Positions 35,611 through 51,080 of a DNA stretch of 64,000 bases are shown in pieces. The stretch comes from Octopus vulgaris. Taxonomy: Eukaryota. Made by a program: the position numbers and the translations under genes. The notes beneath the pieces were generated by a model. The model was not told where the DNA came from. It made no database searches and was given only the letters and a program-made list of their open reading frames with translations. How positions within the stretch are numbered: position 1 is the stretch's first letter; each line of letters begins with the position of its first letter. The stretch is taken from positions 87,730,001 to 87,794,000 of the forward strand of contig OX597821.1 of the NCBI GenBank assembly GCA_951406725.2, in the 5' to 3' direction.

Positions 35611-37368
35611 GGCAAACTTTGATGCAGATTCACTGCTCGACTTCCTCTGTCATGGTTAATGTTACTATCACACGATACACGTTCTTTCCAAGTACTGTTG
35701 TAAACAGGGAAAGTGAGTTAGAACGTTAAGTCTTAGTGCGCATGGATAACAGTGTTCAAGGTCAATCTGTACCAAGCGGCTTCACTCCGCCTGCTTTAGC
35801 TTCGTTACTAAGGCAACACTCCGGATACTTATTGATCAGATCACGTATATGAAAATGGCCACTACCACCACCACTACCACCACCATCACCACTAAAAACA
35901 CTGTATACCCTAAAATTAGTTAGCAAATATGACTTAAAATTAGCATCGAGATGTGAAAACAGGAAAAAAAAACAACATTGTTTCTTGTAGATTTAACTGA
36001 TTAAAATGAAATAATAGGATCGTGTAAAGCGAAAAATCTTGTTTATAATGTACCATGGAGAATTCGTAGGTAAATTACAAGTAACAACAACAACTACAAC
36101 AATAATAACCACGATGACTATAGCATCAACAAAAACAACAACGAAAACAAAAACAACAACAACAACAACCTCATTAACAACAACGACAACAACAAATCCC
36201 CAAGTATTCTATAATAAGGTAAGAAAACACGAAGCAGGTATTTTTGAGCGAATACCCTAAAGCAAAGTTACCCTACGCTTTTCTGTATCTCTTTCTCATC
36301 TTCTCACTCGCCACTCTCTCTGCCCCTCTCTGTCTCTCTGTCTCTCTCTTTACTCTTCTTTCTCTCTGTCTCGCTCTCTCTCTCATATATATATATACAC
36401 ACATATATTCATAATTTTTTAATATATATATATGTGTGTGTGTGTTTGTGTATGTATATATATATATGTGAAGATGTATGTGTATGTGTGTGTATGTGCG
36501 TGCGTGAGTGTGTGTATGTGTGTGTGTGTGTGTGCTTGTGCTTATATATGTGTATAAGTATGTACACAAACACAGTTTCCACAGTCACTCGCACAAACAC
36601 ATACATAATGTCATAAACATATTTTGAAATGCCGAAGACAAGCTGAAAATGTATTTATGAAGTTATAGCCTAAAGATATGAGACACAGGACATCGATAAT
36701 CAAGGTGCATCTATTTCGACAGTATTGAAATTAATATGAATCTCTATGATATGATTTCTGGCAATAACACTCGAATCACTTTTTCAGTTTAGCGACAACA
36801 TTTGTTTGAAACTGCTATATAACTAACATATGCTCTATGTTGAATTGTAGTAGAAGTAGCAGTAGTAGCCTAATTTATATGCATGTATTGGGTAAATAGG
36901 ATTAAACATCCATAATTAAAGATTTCACAATGTGTAGCCTGTTTGGGTAAGTATCGAAAAGTGGGTGAAATATTACTGTAATACTTCAGTTAGCGCCTGG
37001 GATGTGTTCCTAAAAATGCAGCACTAAAGGAACAGATGCTATGCGGGTTATATATAACCCTGCATGGAGTTACCAGTTTCATAGAATATCTTTTATCAAC
37101 GATAAAAACGCAAAAGTCAATCGCTTGGTGATGGTGAATGATGGTGACAAACATCACCGAACAACTACGAAAACTACTCAGAGACTTGCTGTCGCATATT
37201 CTAAACAATGATTTTGGATAACCTCGCATGAGTTGATGTTACACATTTCTGTTTTAAACTCACGAGGAAATAATTAAAACTGAAGTTTAGTTAATTAAGA
37301 ATTAAAGTTAGTAAAACAATCATTAAACGGCTTCTTTTAATCAAGTTTAGACTGAAGTACGCAAAGTA

Positions 37369-37762
37369 CGCAGGAGTGGCTGTGTGGTAAGTAGCTTGCT
37401 AACCAACCACATGGTTCCGGGTTCAATCCCACTGCGTGGCATCTTGGGCAAATGTCTTCTGCTATAACCTCGGGCCGACCAAAGCCTTGTGAGTGGATTT
37501 GGTAGACGGAAACTGAAAGAAGCCTGTCGTATGTATGTATATATGTATATATGTGCGTGTGTTTGTACCCCTAGCATTGCTTGACAACCGATGCTGGTGT
37601 GTTTACGTCCCCGTCACTTAGCGGTTCGGCAAAAGAGACCGATAGAATAAGTACTGGGCTTACAAAGAATAAGTCCCGGGGTCGATTTGCTCGACTAAAG
37701 GCGGTGCTCCAGCTTGGCCGCAGTCAAATGACTGAAACAAGTAAAAGAAAAAGAAAAAAAGT
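37369..37762 (+). mobile_element. SINE family B, full length
   Basis: Near-identical to 19867-20280. Confidence 0.92.
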
Positions 37763-40700
37763 AAGTAAAAATCTACTTGCTGTTAACTCAGATGAAAATT
37801 ATTTTCGATGCGATATAAGACAAGTTTTACCTAAGCTGAGAGTCCAACTTATGCATGTACCTGGTATATTTGTCTGCATTTTCTTGCCTCCTCTGTCATG
37901 AAGCAGTTCGCAGTAGGTGGGCCAGAACATCTCTGAACTGTTGCGTCCCCAGACGGGCTCATTCTCGGGGAGCCGGTCTATGATTTCCGTAATTTTTGAT
38001 GATGATGTTACTGAGGTATTCTTTAGTAAGAATTATTTCTGGAGTGAAAAATTGAACTACTATTTTCGTGAAAGTGTAATTATTAACCGAAAACTATTTT
38101 CCTAGAAAATAATATTATAAACAAACATCAGAAACTATAAATCAGTCCCGTGTTATACTCCTTATGTATGAGTGAGGTACGGCTTGAAACTCTAGATGCT
38201 GTAAGTTAATCTAAGATGCCAAATGTAAGCATCGAACAAAATGTAAAGTTACAAGAGTAGAAGCGAATTGCATTTAGGGAATATCAAACGCACATAGGTA
38301 GGACTTTAAACTTGGTGACAAGGAAAATACTTTCCTCTTTATTTATACTTTTATGGTCTAACAAGTAAGTTATTCCAGTTTTTGCTATCATTTATTACTT
38401 TTTGTTATCTTCATAAATATTTGCAAATGTTTTGCACTACAAATTTTATTATCACATTTAAACAGCCTTCCCTAAAGAAGGAAATCGAAGACGATGCGAC
38501 AAGAAAAAGAATGAAATGATACGATGAATGAATGCTATGTACCGAAACAATGTTATGAAGATGCATAAAATTATTGTAATAAAAGAGAATTTATATAAAC
38601 GTAGGATGTCCACATGTCCCAGTAGTTACCATAATAATAGAATACTAATCTACTGAAAATATTTTCCCAGAGAAAATATATTTCTATAGTGAATCAATTA
38701 TAAATGAGATAGTGCGAAGTGAGATATTGCTACATAACAGATAAGCGTTTACAACCAGGCCAATCATATTTTATTTATTTACTGTGTCTAGAGAAAGGGA
38801 CGGTGCCCGTGGCCCTCAAAGACCACCGGAGAAAGATGAGATTGATGCTTCTCCAAATACATACACAAAACAATAATTATGCTATTCTCAGTCGACACTA
38901 CTTCAATTGGGCTGCTGAGTACAATAAAAAACGACAAAATATTGTTAACGAGGAACAGCATGAAGCCATTAAAAGTGCGTTAGAAATAGGAATACAATAT
39001 GATGCATGCTATCTTATAACATCAATGTAAAAACCAGATGCTTCCTATTTCTTGTTAAGAAGTATTTTCTGAATTGTTAGAAATTCCATCGGCTGTTCAA
39101 TAAAAACAGGATGGTGGTGAGCTGCAACTGTAGTTGTAAACTCTTCTCCAAAGGCAGCAAAGCAGCCCTAAAGAAAATTGCCGAAGGATTATAGTACACT
39201 GTAATTTGATCGAAAAATATCTATACCTCTCTCACTGACACTACGATTGATAATATACATCAACAGCTCCCAATAAAAAAGATCCCGCCATTCAAGAGCC
39301 TCGTGTAGTATACAACAGCTGATTCTGATATCAACATAATAATGAATAGTGTGGCATCTCTGAATTTAATTGAGAATCAAGATATTGAAGGAGAAATGCA
39401 GATGTCACTAACTCAGTTATAAGCAGTGCGTAAAATTCTTTTAACCCGAAAAATTCCCCACTAATCTCTCCCTAGTCAAAATCTCTACTAATCAACCTCA
39501 TCCTGAAAAGTAAGTTTTGTTAATTTCGACATGGAAAATGACTTTTAAAACATTATAAGTTATGTATTGGTCACTTACTGAAGAGTCGACTGGACAGGCT
39601 AGGAAAGATGAAACCCTTCGCTACTGGCATGTTGTTATCGTTACCACATACATGTATATACCTTACACAATGGGAAAATTTGTACGAGTATTTCTTTTCA
39701 AGCATAAAACCTAGAGAAAAACAGGCTGATTCAAGAGCCTGCTTTTCCAGAGTATTCCCAATTTCTTGTCGAGCCCTCAAACACGAAATGTATGGATTCG
39801 TTGTTTTTGGAATCTTTTTCCGGATTTCAATGTGTGAGGGATTCGTTAAATTTTCCTCACCATCTTCGTCTGAGCAAATTATTGCACCTCAATTCTCGTA
39901 ATTACAAACACTTGAGAATCTCTTGACCAAAAGAAGTTTTGGTTCACTCAGTATGGCTATTAAGGTTAGTGCACTCGTCGAAAGCATCCTCGACTTTGTG
40001 TTATGAATCTTTTATGAACTTGTATTATTTCGTTTGTCCTCTACCTAACATTAAAACCATCAAAATCCACTTCATCTTCATCACCAGAAATTAAATCCTG
40101 AAACATGAAAATAGTCTGTAATGTTCGCTCTGCTCTCAAGACGGTGACATGTTTAATAGAAGTCCACGCAATAGCAGATGTAAATGGCGCAGCCTTAATT
40201 GTAAATTGGAATTGAAAGTCAGAGACAGACACTTTGCTATTGATTAATTGCCTCGTAAAATTATATTCTATAGTGACATTTGAAAATTGTGGATAATTTT
40301 CTGGTTTATTGTCTGTATGAGAGAATTAAAATAAAAATACAAAGAAATATTACCTAGTTCTGAAACTACCTTAGCATTATTAGATGGATTCTACAGTTGT
40401 CAAGAAGTACGAAACGTTTACTGTCTGAAGGCGTACCCATATTACCTAAATTAAGATAAACTACAGGCACAAATTCGTGAGTCAACCAATTTGGAAAAAA
40501 AGGGGTTTATTCAGGCATTGAAACAGATTGGCAAGTGAATTATTTACTTCGAGGCTTTGAGATGAGGAAATTTTTAAATCACAAAGAATTTTAAGTAAAC
40601 TGTGATACAAAAGAGGTTTTTCTAAACATTCTTGATCACCGAAAGTTGCCTCTCATTGGAGAAAAAAAAACTGGTAGTAATTGTTAGCAAAAAGTAAAAG

Positions 40701-42388
40701 GGAGATTATTTGTGATTTTGCGCAGAAAATTTAATTTCCATCTTTAGATTTGGAAATGTTTTCTTCAACTAAGGGTACCTTTCAATTAAATAAGATGCTC
40801 ATTGCAAGTCATTAGGAATTCTTGACGTTGTCATTCAGTGCATCAATGTGTACTTTAATTATGCAAATTTATGCCATTGAAAATTTGATATATTTTTCTT
40901 AGCATACGTTTAAAAAATATGCAAAATATACAGGCCATAATTCTATGTAAATCGTGTATTACTCGTTGAGTCTCTGTTCATTGATCAAAGTAACTTTAAG
41001 GAAATTATACTTTGTTGATGAGCTCTAATAAAGCCAGACAATATTTTGTGGCTGTTATCTTGCCTGCAAACAAAGATCAGGATATTCTCTAAGCATGAAA
41101 AGGAAATTTTCTGAGAAATAAATACGTAATTTCTTGAACTTTTCTCCCTTTTCTTTCAATCAGAATCGCTACTTATTATCACTATGGATTTTTTCTCGTT
41201 TTCTTTCTCTAATTATAACATAAAGAGTAAATTAATTAAGACTGCTTTTTACCCAGCATTCACTCCGTCACCACTTTCCAATGGTCCGCATGAGTCATTT
41301 TTATCTTAGCTCACATTTTGTCACCAATTAAAAACAAAAACAAAAAAAAAAAATTTATTCCGTATTAACCAGATGTATTTCCGCTAGCGAGAGCTCATTC
41401 AGTCTTTATTAAACTTAAAACCAACAGTATTTGCTTCGTTGGATCTTGGCAATGTAATTCGTTGGCAAACATTTCCAGTGAAGCTCGGTTTCATCGGTAA
41501 TATCTAAGTTTTCTTATTCCATGATGTATCTTAAATCTGCTCAGCCAACCATCCGAGAAAACTATTAAGGTCTCTAAATCCACTTTCTCTTTAAAATATT
41601 TAGCTTTGCCTAAAATCAAAGACCCAGATATAGCTATACCCTCCGAACGCTTCAATAAAAGCTACTCGTGCAATATTTTATCAACATTTTTGCATTTTCG
41701 TTTACGCCATTTTCCTCTGTGCTATTTTATGGTTAGACGCAGAACATCCATTAAAATCCTAAATCTTTTGTTTAGCGTTCTTAATGTCGTATAAAGTCGA
41801 CGATCCAATGTTTATTTTGTCGTTAACACATTTCTGCTTTTACCTTGTTACGTTTACTTCTTGATATTTAGCTTATCACTAAATTTTCATGTTCTCTTTT
41901 GTTTCTTATTCTCGCACACACCAGGCATCGGGAAAGCGCTTATAACACAAAAAATAAAATGTATAAACTATAGCACGAGGCCTTCCACATGGCTGCACGG
42001 CGTTAACTTTCACAAAAGGTGACAGCGGCCGTAAACAATCTAACACACTGGCGGCAGATTTCTTTCCTGTGTGTCAATTTTCAGAAGTGCAGTTACCATG
42101 GGTTTTCTGTTATTCTGAATGTCGCCATTTCGGAAATTTACAATTTTTGTCTGTCTGTCTGTCTCTGTCTCTCTCTCTCTCGCTCTATCTATCTATCTGT
42201 CTGTCTCTCTATCTCTTTCTCTTTCTCTACATGCAAACACACACATAAACACACAAATACACACATTCACGTATGTGCACACAAACGCAAACACACACAT
42301 AAACACACAGATACATACATTCACGTATGTGCACACAAACGCAAACACACAATTACACACACACACACACATACATACGCACACGCGG

Positions 42389-42428
<40 letters not shown>

Positions 42429-42780
42429 GCACACGCGGGCACACATACACACACACACACACACGCGCGCGGGCACACATACACACACACACACACATTT
42501 TTATACATAAAATCGCATGAAACAGCGCCGAATAAAGTATATTCTTGTAAAGTAATATTTAACATTCGATTGTATTCGGACTGAAGAAAATCTTCTGCTA
42601 CGGAAATAGTTCCTGGAGAATTGTTTCTACTTTGACTTGGCCTTACGCATATCACCTCCATTCTCGAACTGACTGTATGATACTCCGCGACTAAAAAGAA
42701 TCTCTGGAATTTTAGTTTGTATGGAAACGTTTACTTCCAGCGAAACTGTTCACTTCTAAGCAATCTGTTAGCTAGTATGA

Positions 42781-43199
42781 AGGCGGTGAGCTGGCAGAAA
42801 CGTTAGCAAGCCGGGCGAAATGCCTAGCCGTATTTCGTCTGCCGCTACGTTCTGAGTTCAAATTCCGCCGAGGTCGACTTTGCCCTTCATCCTTTCGGGG
42901 TCGATTAAATAAGTACCAGTTACGCACTGGGGTCGGTATAATCGACTTAATCCGTTTATCTGTCCTTGTTTGTCCTCTCTGTGTGTAGCCCCTTGTGGTT
43001 AGTAAAGAAATAGGTATTTCGTCTGCCGCTACATTCTGAGTTCAAATTCCGCCGAGGCCGACTTTGCTCTTCATCCTTTCGGGGTCGATTAAATAAGTAC
43101 CAGTTACGCACTGGGGTCGGTATAATCGACTTAATCCGTTTATCTGTCCTTGTTTGTCCTCTCTGTGTGTAGCCCCTAGTGGGCAGTAAAGTAATAAGT
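42781..43199 (+). mobile_element. SINE family A with a tandemly duplicated body and tail
   Basis: One head followed by two near-identical units of about 184 bp, each starting GTATTTCGTCTGCCGCTAC. Confidence 0.9.
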
Positions 43200-44796
43200 A
43201 TGTTATCTAGTATTTGCAATAGTGCTGACTGAGGAAACTGCTCCGATTTCTAAATCCACTTAGAAGTTCCTTACAACTGCTTGCCAACCGGTGTTGGTTA
43301 GCAGTTTAGCAGAGTAAATCCTGTGGTCGAGTTGTCCTAGCAAACCATTTCAGGCTGTGGTCCAGTATGGCCGCAACCCAAAGACTGAAACAAGTAAAAT
43401 ATAACTAGTTAGAGTTTATTTGTTTCAAGTAATTTTACTTCCGCTTTGAATATAATAATTCAAAGATTTCTAGTTAAGACTATTGTTGTTAATTACACTG
43501 AACATGGAACAACAAGCATGAAAATAAAAATATTAAGAGTATGGGTTTATTGCAGTCTAAACAATGGGTCTGTAAGGCGTCATTTTCCAGTTGCATAGTT
43601 ATTCTACTTAAAAACGTTGTTAGACATCTGGCCAATGTAGAAATTGTTCGGGAGGCAGTATGTACATTTTTCCCTGTAACACCTTGTTGATAGCAGCTAG
43701 AGAGATAATCGTATAAGTTACAGAAGCTATTATGCCTGTATGCCGAATACGCCCTACCACTTCAAGTATTCACTCCACAAATAGTTACACAGGTTGGAAG
43801 CGAGAAAAGCAGACTAGCTAGAAATTAATAAAATAATTCAGTTAGTTTTGGATTGATCAATTTCTGGATTAGTTTAGTAACTTTTCTTTCATCAACAAGA
43901 CACACTGGGCGAAATAAATGAAAATATCTATACATACCTTCAGAAAAGCATACGCAAAAATGAGAGCACATATAAATATTCACAAATATATACGTATCGA
44001 ATTTCGCAGTTCACCTCAACACGTGTGTATTTGGTGAGTATAGTACAGCGGTAAATAAACTGACCTGAAGTGAATGGATTATATCTAATACATAATTAGA
44101 AGATAGAAAGATTAATTTTATCATATTAATGGCTAGCATATAAAAAACCTTAGGCATAATAGTTTTTGTGCGCTTAAGTATTATTGTACCCTATACAATT
44201 ATATATCATAATAATTGTATTTTACCTAAAAGGTTTTTATATGATGGCAACTGATAAAATTCATTAATTTTAATGATTCTAACCTTTACATATATATGTA
44301 AAACACATTTACGAACATATCTCAACTTTTGTCGGTAATGGTTCCAAAACATGCATCTTAAATCGAAATACGACGTACCACGAAAAATCACCCGGAAACA
44401 TTAATTAGCTCACAGCTGTCTTAAATGATCTGTAGATATTATTTCCTTTATTTTGTTTGATTTTCTATTTAAGTATAGTCAAAAATTTTTTTTTTTTTTT
44501 GCAATTTTATGCTATGAAATATGTTTGCTGAAAGCGACGTAAACTCGGGTAACTCTACTGAAATTTTGGGATATTTTTTTGTCATTAAGCTCTTTTGAAA
44601 ATAACGCTAATTCAAATAAAGCGTAACTGGAAATAACGCTATATACATATATATATATATATATATCTTAGGTGTGTATATATAATTGTATATGTATACG
44701 AATAATTATGTATTTCCACATACGCACACGCATACACACCTACATATACATACATATCTATCTATCTATATATATATATATACATATATACATATG

Positions 44797-44851
<55 letters not shown>

Positions 44852-45916
44852 GTATATATATATATATATACATATATATCTTGGGTGTGTATATATAATT
44901 CATATGTATACGAATAATTATGTATATCCACATAGACACACGCATACATACCTACATATATATCTCTCTATATATCAATCTATATACATACACACATACA
45001 TATACATACATATCTATCTATCTATCTATATATACATACATATGTATAAATATGTATGTATATATATATATATATATATATACATATATATACGTATGTA
45101 TAAATATGTATATATATATATATATATATTTATACATATGTATATATGTATAAATATGTGTGTGTGTGTGTGTTTATTTAATATGTATGCGTATATATAT
45201 TTATATTACATATATATATATACATGCGCGCGCGTGTGTGTGCGCGTGTGTGCGTGCGTATTTGTACGGTAGCCGGTAACTGAAGAGCCCTACCAATTAC
45301 TTATTATTGGCATATGTCCCTAAGAGGCCTATTTGCTCTTATTTCATGTCCCTTAGATGAATACCTCTTCCTAACATTTGTTAAAGAATTGGTATGAATT
45401 CATTTCTGTGTGCGAGCGCGAATGTATGTGTATATGTGCGTATGTGGGTACATGGGTGTGTATTTGTACGTTTGTGGCTATATGAGATGTATTTGTGTGT
45501 GTGTGTGTGTGTATGCATGTATGCGAAGTTACACAAATATAAAATGACCTTTTATTTTCTCACTTTCTCTATTTTTGTATGTATATATTAATAACAAGGA
45601 TAAAAATCTTTGTATGCCTTTGAATTCATTTTTATACTCGCACCCTGACACCTTTATCAAAGAATTTCGTTTTAGTTGCCGATGTGGAAGATTTCTTCGC
45701 TTTTCTTTTCTTTATTTTTGTAATTAAAATATATAGTCTTGTACTCACAAAACTCATGCGAGCCCATACACACTATATTCCGCATATATAAACGCACAAA
45801 TATTCAAGATAAATATACTGGCGTATATGTAAAATGCATTGTAACAAATCTCTGTTTGTCTCTCTCTCTCTCTCTCCTTCCCTCCTCTTCACTCTCTCTC
45901 TCCTTCCTCATCCTCA

Positions 45917-45947
<31 letters not shown>

Positions 45948-46045
45948 TATGTATATACATACATACATACATGCATACATACATACATACAAACATACAT
46001 ACATATACATACATACATATATACATACATACATACATACATACA

Positions 46046-46132
<87 letters not shown>

Positions 46133-46507
46133 TTAAATGGCATTAAGTGCGTATATAAATCAAAGCTTAAAAGGGAACGGAGAAGTTAGATTTTGTTATA
46201 TGCTACAAAAACAAACCACGTAATTCTATCCAGTTTTAGAATTTAATGAAAGGATGGCTTGCCTTGCCTTTGAAATTAAGTGTTTCGTTTTATTTTTCAT
46301 TCACCAACCAATAGGTACACAAACCTACTTATCAACTTATCTATATATCTATCTAACTTTCTATCTGTATGTATGTCTGTCCATCTATATGTCTGTCTGT
46401 CTATCTACCTGTTTGTCTGTCTTTCTGTCTGTCTTTGTCTCTCTCTCTCTCTCTCTCTCTCTCTGCTTACCTGTGTTTCTCTCAGTCAGTCAGATTGTCT
46501 GTCTGTA

Positions 46508-46566
<59 letters not shown>

Positions 46567-46843
46567 ACATACATACATAAATATGTACATACGTATATGT
46601 ATGTATGTATGTATGTATGTATTTATGTATGTATGTATGTATGTATGTATGTATGTATTTATGTATGTATGTATGTATGTATGTATGTATTTATGTATGT
46701 ATGTATGAATGTATGTGTATGATAAATAAGTCAATGTAGAATGAAAGAAAAATAGGTAGAAGAAAAAGCTGAACCAATTGATCCTTAAACAGACCCACGG
46801 AAAAATAACAAAGACGAGATGCGGGGAGACGGGAGAGAGAGAA

Positions 46844-46928
<85 letters not shown>

Positions 46929-47430
46929 GAGAGAGAGAAATCATAAGAAAAGAAATAGAGATGTTGAGAAAGTTAGCGAGAAAATGATAGGCAACAATGT
47001 TGACAGAATATTAATTAAAGGGAATGTCTATAAACAAAGAAGAATGAACATCAGATGTTTTGTGACCTTTAGAACCTTCCGTTTCCAACCTCTTCAAACG
47101 ATTTTCTTAACCAGCGTTTGTTTTATGTGTGTTTCTATGATTGAGTTCATTAAGGACTGTGGATCGATTTGTTCCGATCGTCAAATGTGGCTTGCTAAAT
47201 ATTTGGCACTAGCACAATATTCTTAGAGATTCATTCCTACTGTCCTTCAACGTAACATTGTCGACCCATCTTTCATAGGAATTGAATATTCTCATATTCC
47301 TTTATTCTTTCATGACTTTTAATCCTTGAACTAAGATCATCGCCAGGCTATAATCTAATGTATCGATCCCTGTATTTACTTTATTGACCTCGGAAAGGTA
47401 AATTGGCTACGGTGGACTCTAATGAGATGT

Positions 47431-48240
47431 GAGCGTGGCCGTTCGCCAGCCTCGTCTGGCACCTGTGTCGGTGGCACATAAAAAACACCATCCGAGCGTG
47501 GCCGTTCGCCAGCCTCGTCTGGCATCTGTGTCGGTGGCACATAAAAAACACCATCCGAGCGTGGCCGTTCGCCAGCCTCGTCTGGCACTTGTGTCGGTGG
47601 CACATAAAAAACACCATCCGAGCGTGGCCGTTCGCCAGCCTCGTCTGGCACCTGTGTCGGTGGCACATAAAAAACACCATCCGAGCGTGGCCGTTCGCCA
47701 GCCTCGTTTGGCACCTGTGTCGGTGGCACATAGAAAACACCATCCGAGCGTGGCCGTTCGCCAGCCTCGTCTGGCACCTGTGTCGGTGGCACATAAAAAA
47801 CACCCTCCGAGCGTGGCCGTTCGCCAGCCTCGTCTGGCACCTGTGTCGGTGGCACATAAAAAACACCATCCGAGCGTGGCCGTTCGCCAGCCTCGTTTGG
47901 CACCTGTGTCGGTGGCACATAAAAAGCACCATCCGATCGTGGCCGTTTGCCAGACTCGTCTGGCACCTGTGTCGGTGGCACATAAAAACACCATCCGAGC
48001 GTGGCCGTTCGCCAGCCTCGTCTGCACCTGTGTCGGTGGCACATAAAAAGCACCATCCGATCGTGGCCGTTTGCCAGACTCGTCTGGCACCTGTGTCGGT
48101 GGCACATAAAAAGCACCATCCGAGCGTGGCCGTTCGCCAGCCTCGTCTGGCACCTGTGTCGGTGGCACATAAAAAACACCATCCGAGCGTGGCCGTTCGC
48201 CAGCCTCGTCTGGCACCTGTGTCGGTGGCACATAAAAAGC
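47431..48240 (+). repeat. 63-bp minisatellite, 13 copies
   Basis: Unit GAGCGTGGCCGTTCGCCAGCCTCGTCTGGCACCTGTGTCGGTGGCACATAAAAAACACCATCC. Two units are 62 bp. Confidence 0.97.
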
Positions 48241-48410
48241 ACCCACTACACTCACGGAGTGGTTGGCGTTAGGAAGGGCATCCAGCTGTAGAAACACTGC
48301 CAGATCTGACTGGCCTGGTGCAGGCTTCGGGCTTCCCAGACCCCAGTTGAACCGTCCAACCCATGCTAGCATGGAAAGCGGACGTTAAACGATGAGGATG
48401 ATGATGATGA
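48225..48410 (+). mobile_element. 3' part of a SINE/RTE-tail-like retroposon (family E) contiguous with the 63-bp array
   Basis: GGTTGGCGTTAGGAAGGGCATCCAGCTGTAGAAA...CCATGCTAGCATGG...GGACGTTAAAC followed by a (GAT)n tail. Confidence 0.75.
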
Positions 48411-49315
48411 AGGAATATGATGGAATACTTGTATTTGGTCCGACGCTAAAATAATAAGTACTTATTATTAATACAATTTGTGTTGAAACAAAATGGCCGA
48501 CTGAATGGAAGGATGAACTGCTGGTTCACTGATAATAAGTTCAAACTTCATTGTTGAAGCTGTGTTGTGTTCTGTGATTCGCTTTTACAGCTTCAGTTAA
48601 ATCATTTCAACTAACTTAGCTCCAAATCCAAACAGATCCATCCATAGCCTATGCGGAACACAAACGAACCCCATGTCTACTTGTATTTTATACAGACTAA
48701 AATATCTGTGATTAAATTGTTAGATCAAAGAATAAAGTTTCCGAAAATATGAGTCCATGTTTCTCGGTTTCGATTGGGACAATTTGGTTTTTGTAGCAAT
48801 GCTAATGCATGTATTTTCTGTCGACGTGTTCCGAAGTTTTGCAATTTTCTTTATTTTCCTACTTCCAGACAAAGAGACGATTTCTAAAAATCGACAACAA
48901 AAGGATTTTTCCACGTGAAGAATCATTGCAAAATGCATCTGCAGAAAAAAATGGAAAAAGCTTTATATTATTCAAACATTTACAAGCTAGATTTACAATT
49001 ATGTGACAACTACTATACATGATAATGAAAACCAAAATAATTTTTTGGGTTTTCATAAGGAAAGCAATAACTTAGAAAATGATTGTCCTTATCATTAAAA
49101 TTAATACAACTAATTAAAATTGTTTGGTTTACTACATTAAATATACCAGCTCTCAGGTTATTAATGCACTATAATATTGCGTGAATTTCTTTAATTTATA
49201 CACTGAAAATATTACAAAACAGAAAAAAAAATCAACAAAAAAGCAAAAACAAAAGTCAATGATTTCTTAAAACAGTTATTCACAGAAATGAATTGTATGT
49301 ATATATGTATGTATG

Positions 49316-49366
<51 letters not shown>

Positions 49367-49501
49367 GTTTATTTGTAGGTATGTATGTACGAGCGCATGT
49401 ATGTATGTATGTATTTATGTATGCATATATGTGTGTCTGTCTGTATGTATGTACGTATATGTATGTATGTATGTATATATATATATATGTATACATACAT
49501 G

Positions 49502-49539
<38 letters not shown>

Positions 49540-50891
49540 TATGATCTAATAAAGGAATACTAAGTACAGGGTCCATGGCAAAATAACAAGTCATTTACTG
49601 TATATAGACTGTTTTGTTTAATGGAGAAAATGTTTTTGTTTCTGTTAAATTTATTCCAAGAAATGCTATCAAGCACAATATATTTTGAGAAAAAACAACA
49701 TCTGTACGCAATTACCGAATGTAATGGACGTCGGTCGTCTAGTGGTGGAAATATATAATTGGGGAATTGCAGACTAAGTTTTGGAAATCTACTTATATGT
49801 TATCATTTGGGGGAGATTCTATATATATCCATTCATATAGATTAAAGTTCACGTGATTAGGTAAATCTTATATAACTGTTTTGATTTTCACGTATTAAAA
49901 GCTTTAACTTACAAACAGATTCAATGAAATAATATTTAACGTACATATCTTTAGATATGTAAATGTAGATATTAAAAGCAGTCTGAATATAAATGTATTT
50001 GATCGAATTCTATCATTATTTGTTTGCATTCCACCCTGCAAAACTTCTATTGATAAATATACAACATGCATAACTTTAAATGGAATTTTTGTTAGCAGAG
50101 CTGCGTCACATAAATATGGATGTATGCAAATTGCATGTCGTTAATGATGACAATTTAGGATTATGTTAAAACAATTGTAATATCTAATCAAATACAATAT
50201 TAAGAAAACATAGGCTGTCAATTTTAAAGACATTGTGAGAAAGTGAATTCATTGGCGTATGAATTATAATATAAATTATTATGGAATAATATTGAAGTGA
50301 ATTAAAATAAATATACAATAAAATACACATTTTCTTTTTATATTGTCGTATAGATATTGGGTTTGAAACTTGTAATCTGTTCAATTAGAGAACCTGTTGT
50401 AAAACAGTTAATTACAGTCAAATTAAAAAAAATCTTTAAATGAAACAATGAATTCATGATTTAAATGGAAATAGTAAATTGCAAGTTGGATAATTAAATA
50501 ATTTAATTGACGATGGGGTGTTAATACAGTTTAAAGTTAAATAATTATGTGAACGTATGAAATGTTACTATTATGTAATGGGTTTAGCAATTATTATTGT
50601 GGAAATTGTATGATAGATCGTTGTTAAATTGCAAAAGCTGTAATAATTAAATGAGACTTTCCTATATGTTGAGATCTACTGTTGTTGTATGTGTATATTG
50701 AACATATGTGGTATTTTCTAACCGTTTAATGTAATCGTTATGCTATGAGCTTTTTTACTTCTTTACTTTTTACTTTCTCTCCTTCGGTTTTTCCCCTTAT
50801 TTAACGGTCATTCTAATAGCTCCTTTGTCTTAATAACAGACAATTACATAGCAATTTCCCTTTGTTCAACGGTCATTTTCATAGCATTTTT

Positions 50892-50970
50892 GATTGCCTC
50901 GATAACGGACAAGATGCCAGAGAAGGTTTCCGCCCCGATATCCGAAACTCGGAGTCTTATTATGGCAATC
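50892..50970 (+). ncRNA. Decayed type I hammerhead, family Z element (about 50790-51065)
   Basis: GATTGCC-TCG-ATAA-CGGACAA-GATGCC...GATATCC-GAAA-CTCGGAG-TC-TTAT-TAT-GGCAATC. Extended stem I intact, core mutated. Confidence 0.55.
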
Positions 50971-51080
50971 GAATAATTGTCACATATTATATTACATATA
51001 AATTCCTCTATTTACATAATATCGAGGTCTCATTAATCATTTTGTTGTCTTACCATTACTATTAATATATATATATATAG

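Noticed and set aside
37861-38010. Minus-strand coding exon (TSSSKITEIIDRLPENEPVWGR...)
   Set aside because: The frame is open and a GT donor exists, but the acceptor is weak. The stronger upstream acceptor gives stops in all frames, and the peptide is unrecognised.
45280-45335. Hammerhead (CTGAAGA-GCCC...GGGC)
   Set aside because: No GAAA follows stem II, and there is no stem I partner.
47431-48240. CRISPR array or repeat-protein gene (ORFs of 200-317 aa)
   Set aside because: The units are contiguous with no unique spacers and no cas genes, in a eukaryotic context. ORFs are open in several frames on both strands simply because 63 is divisible by 3.
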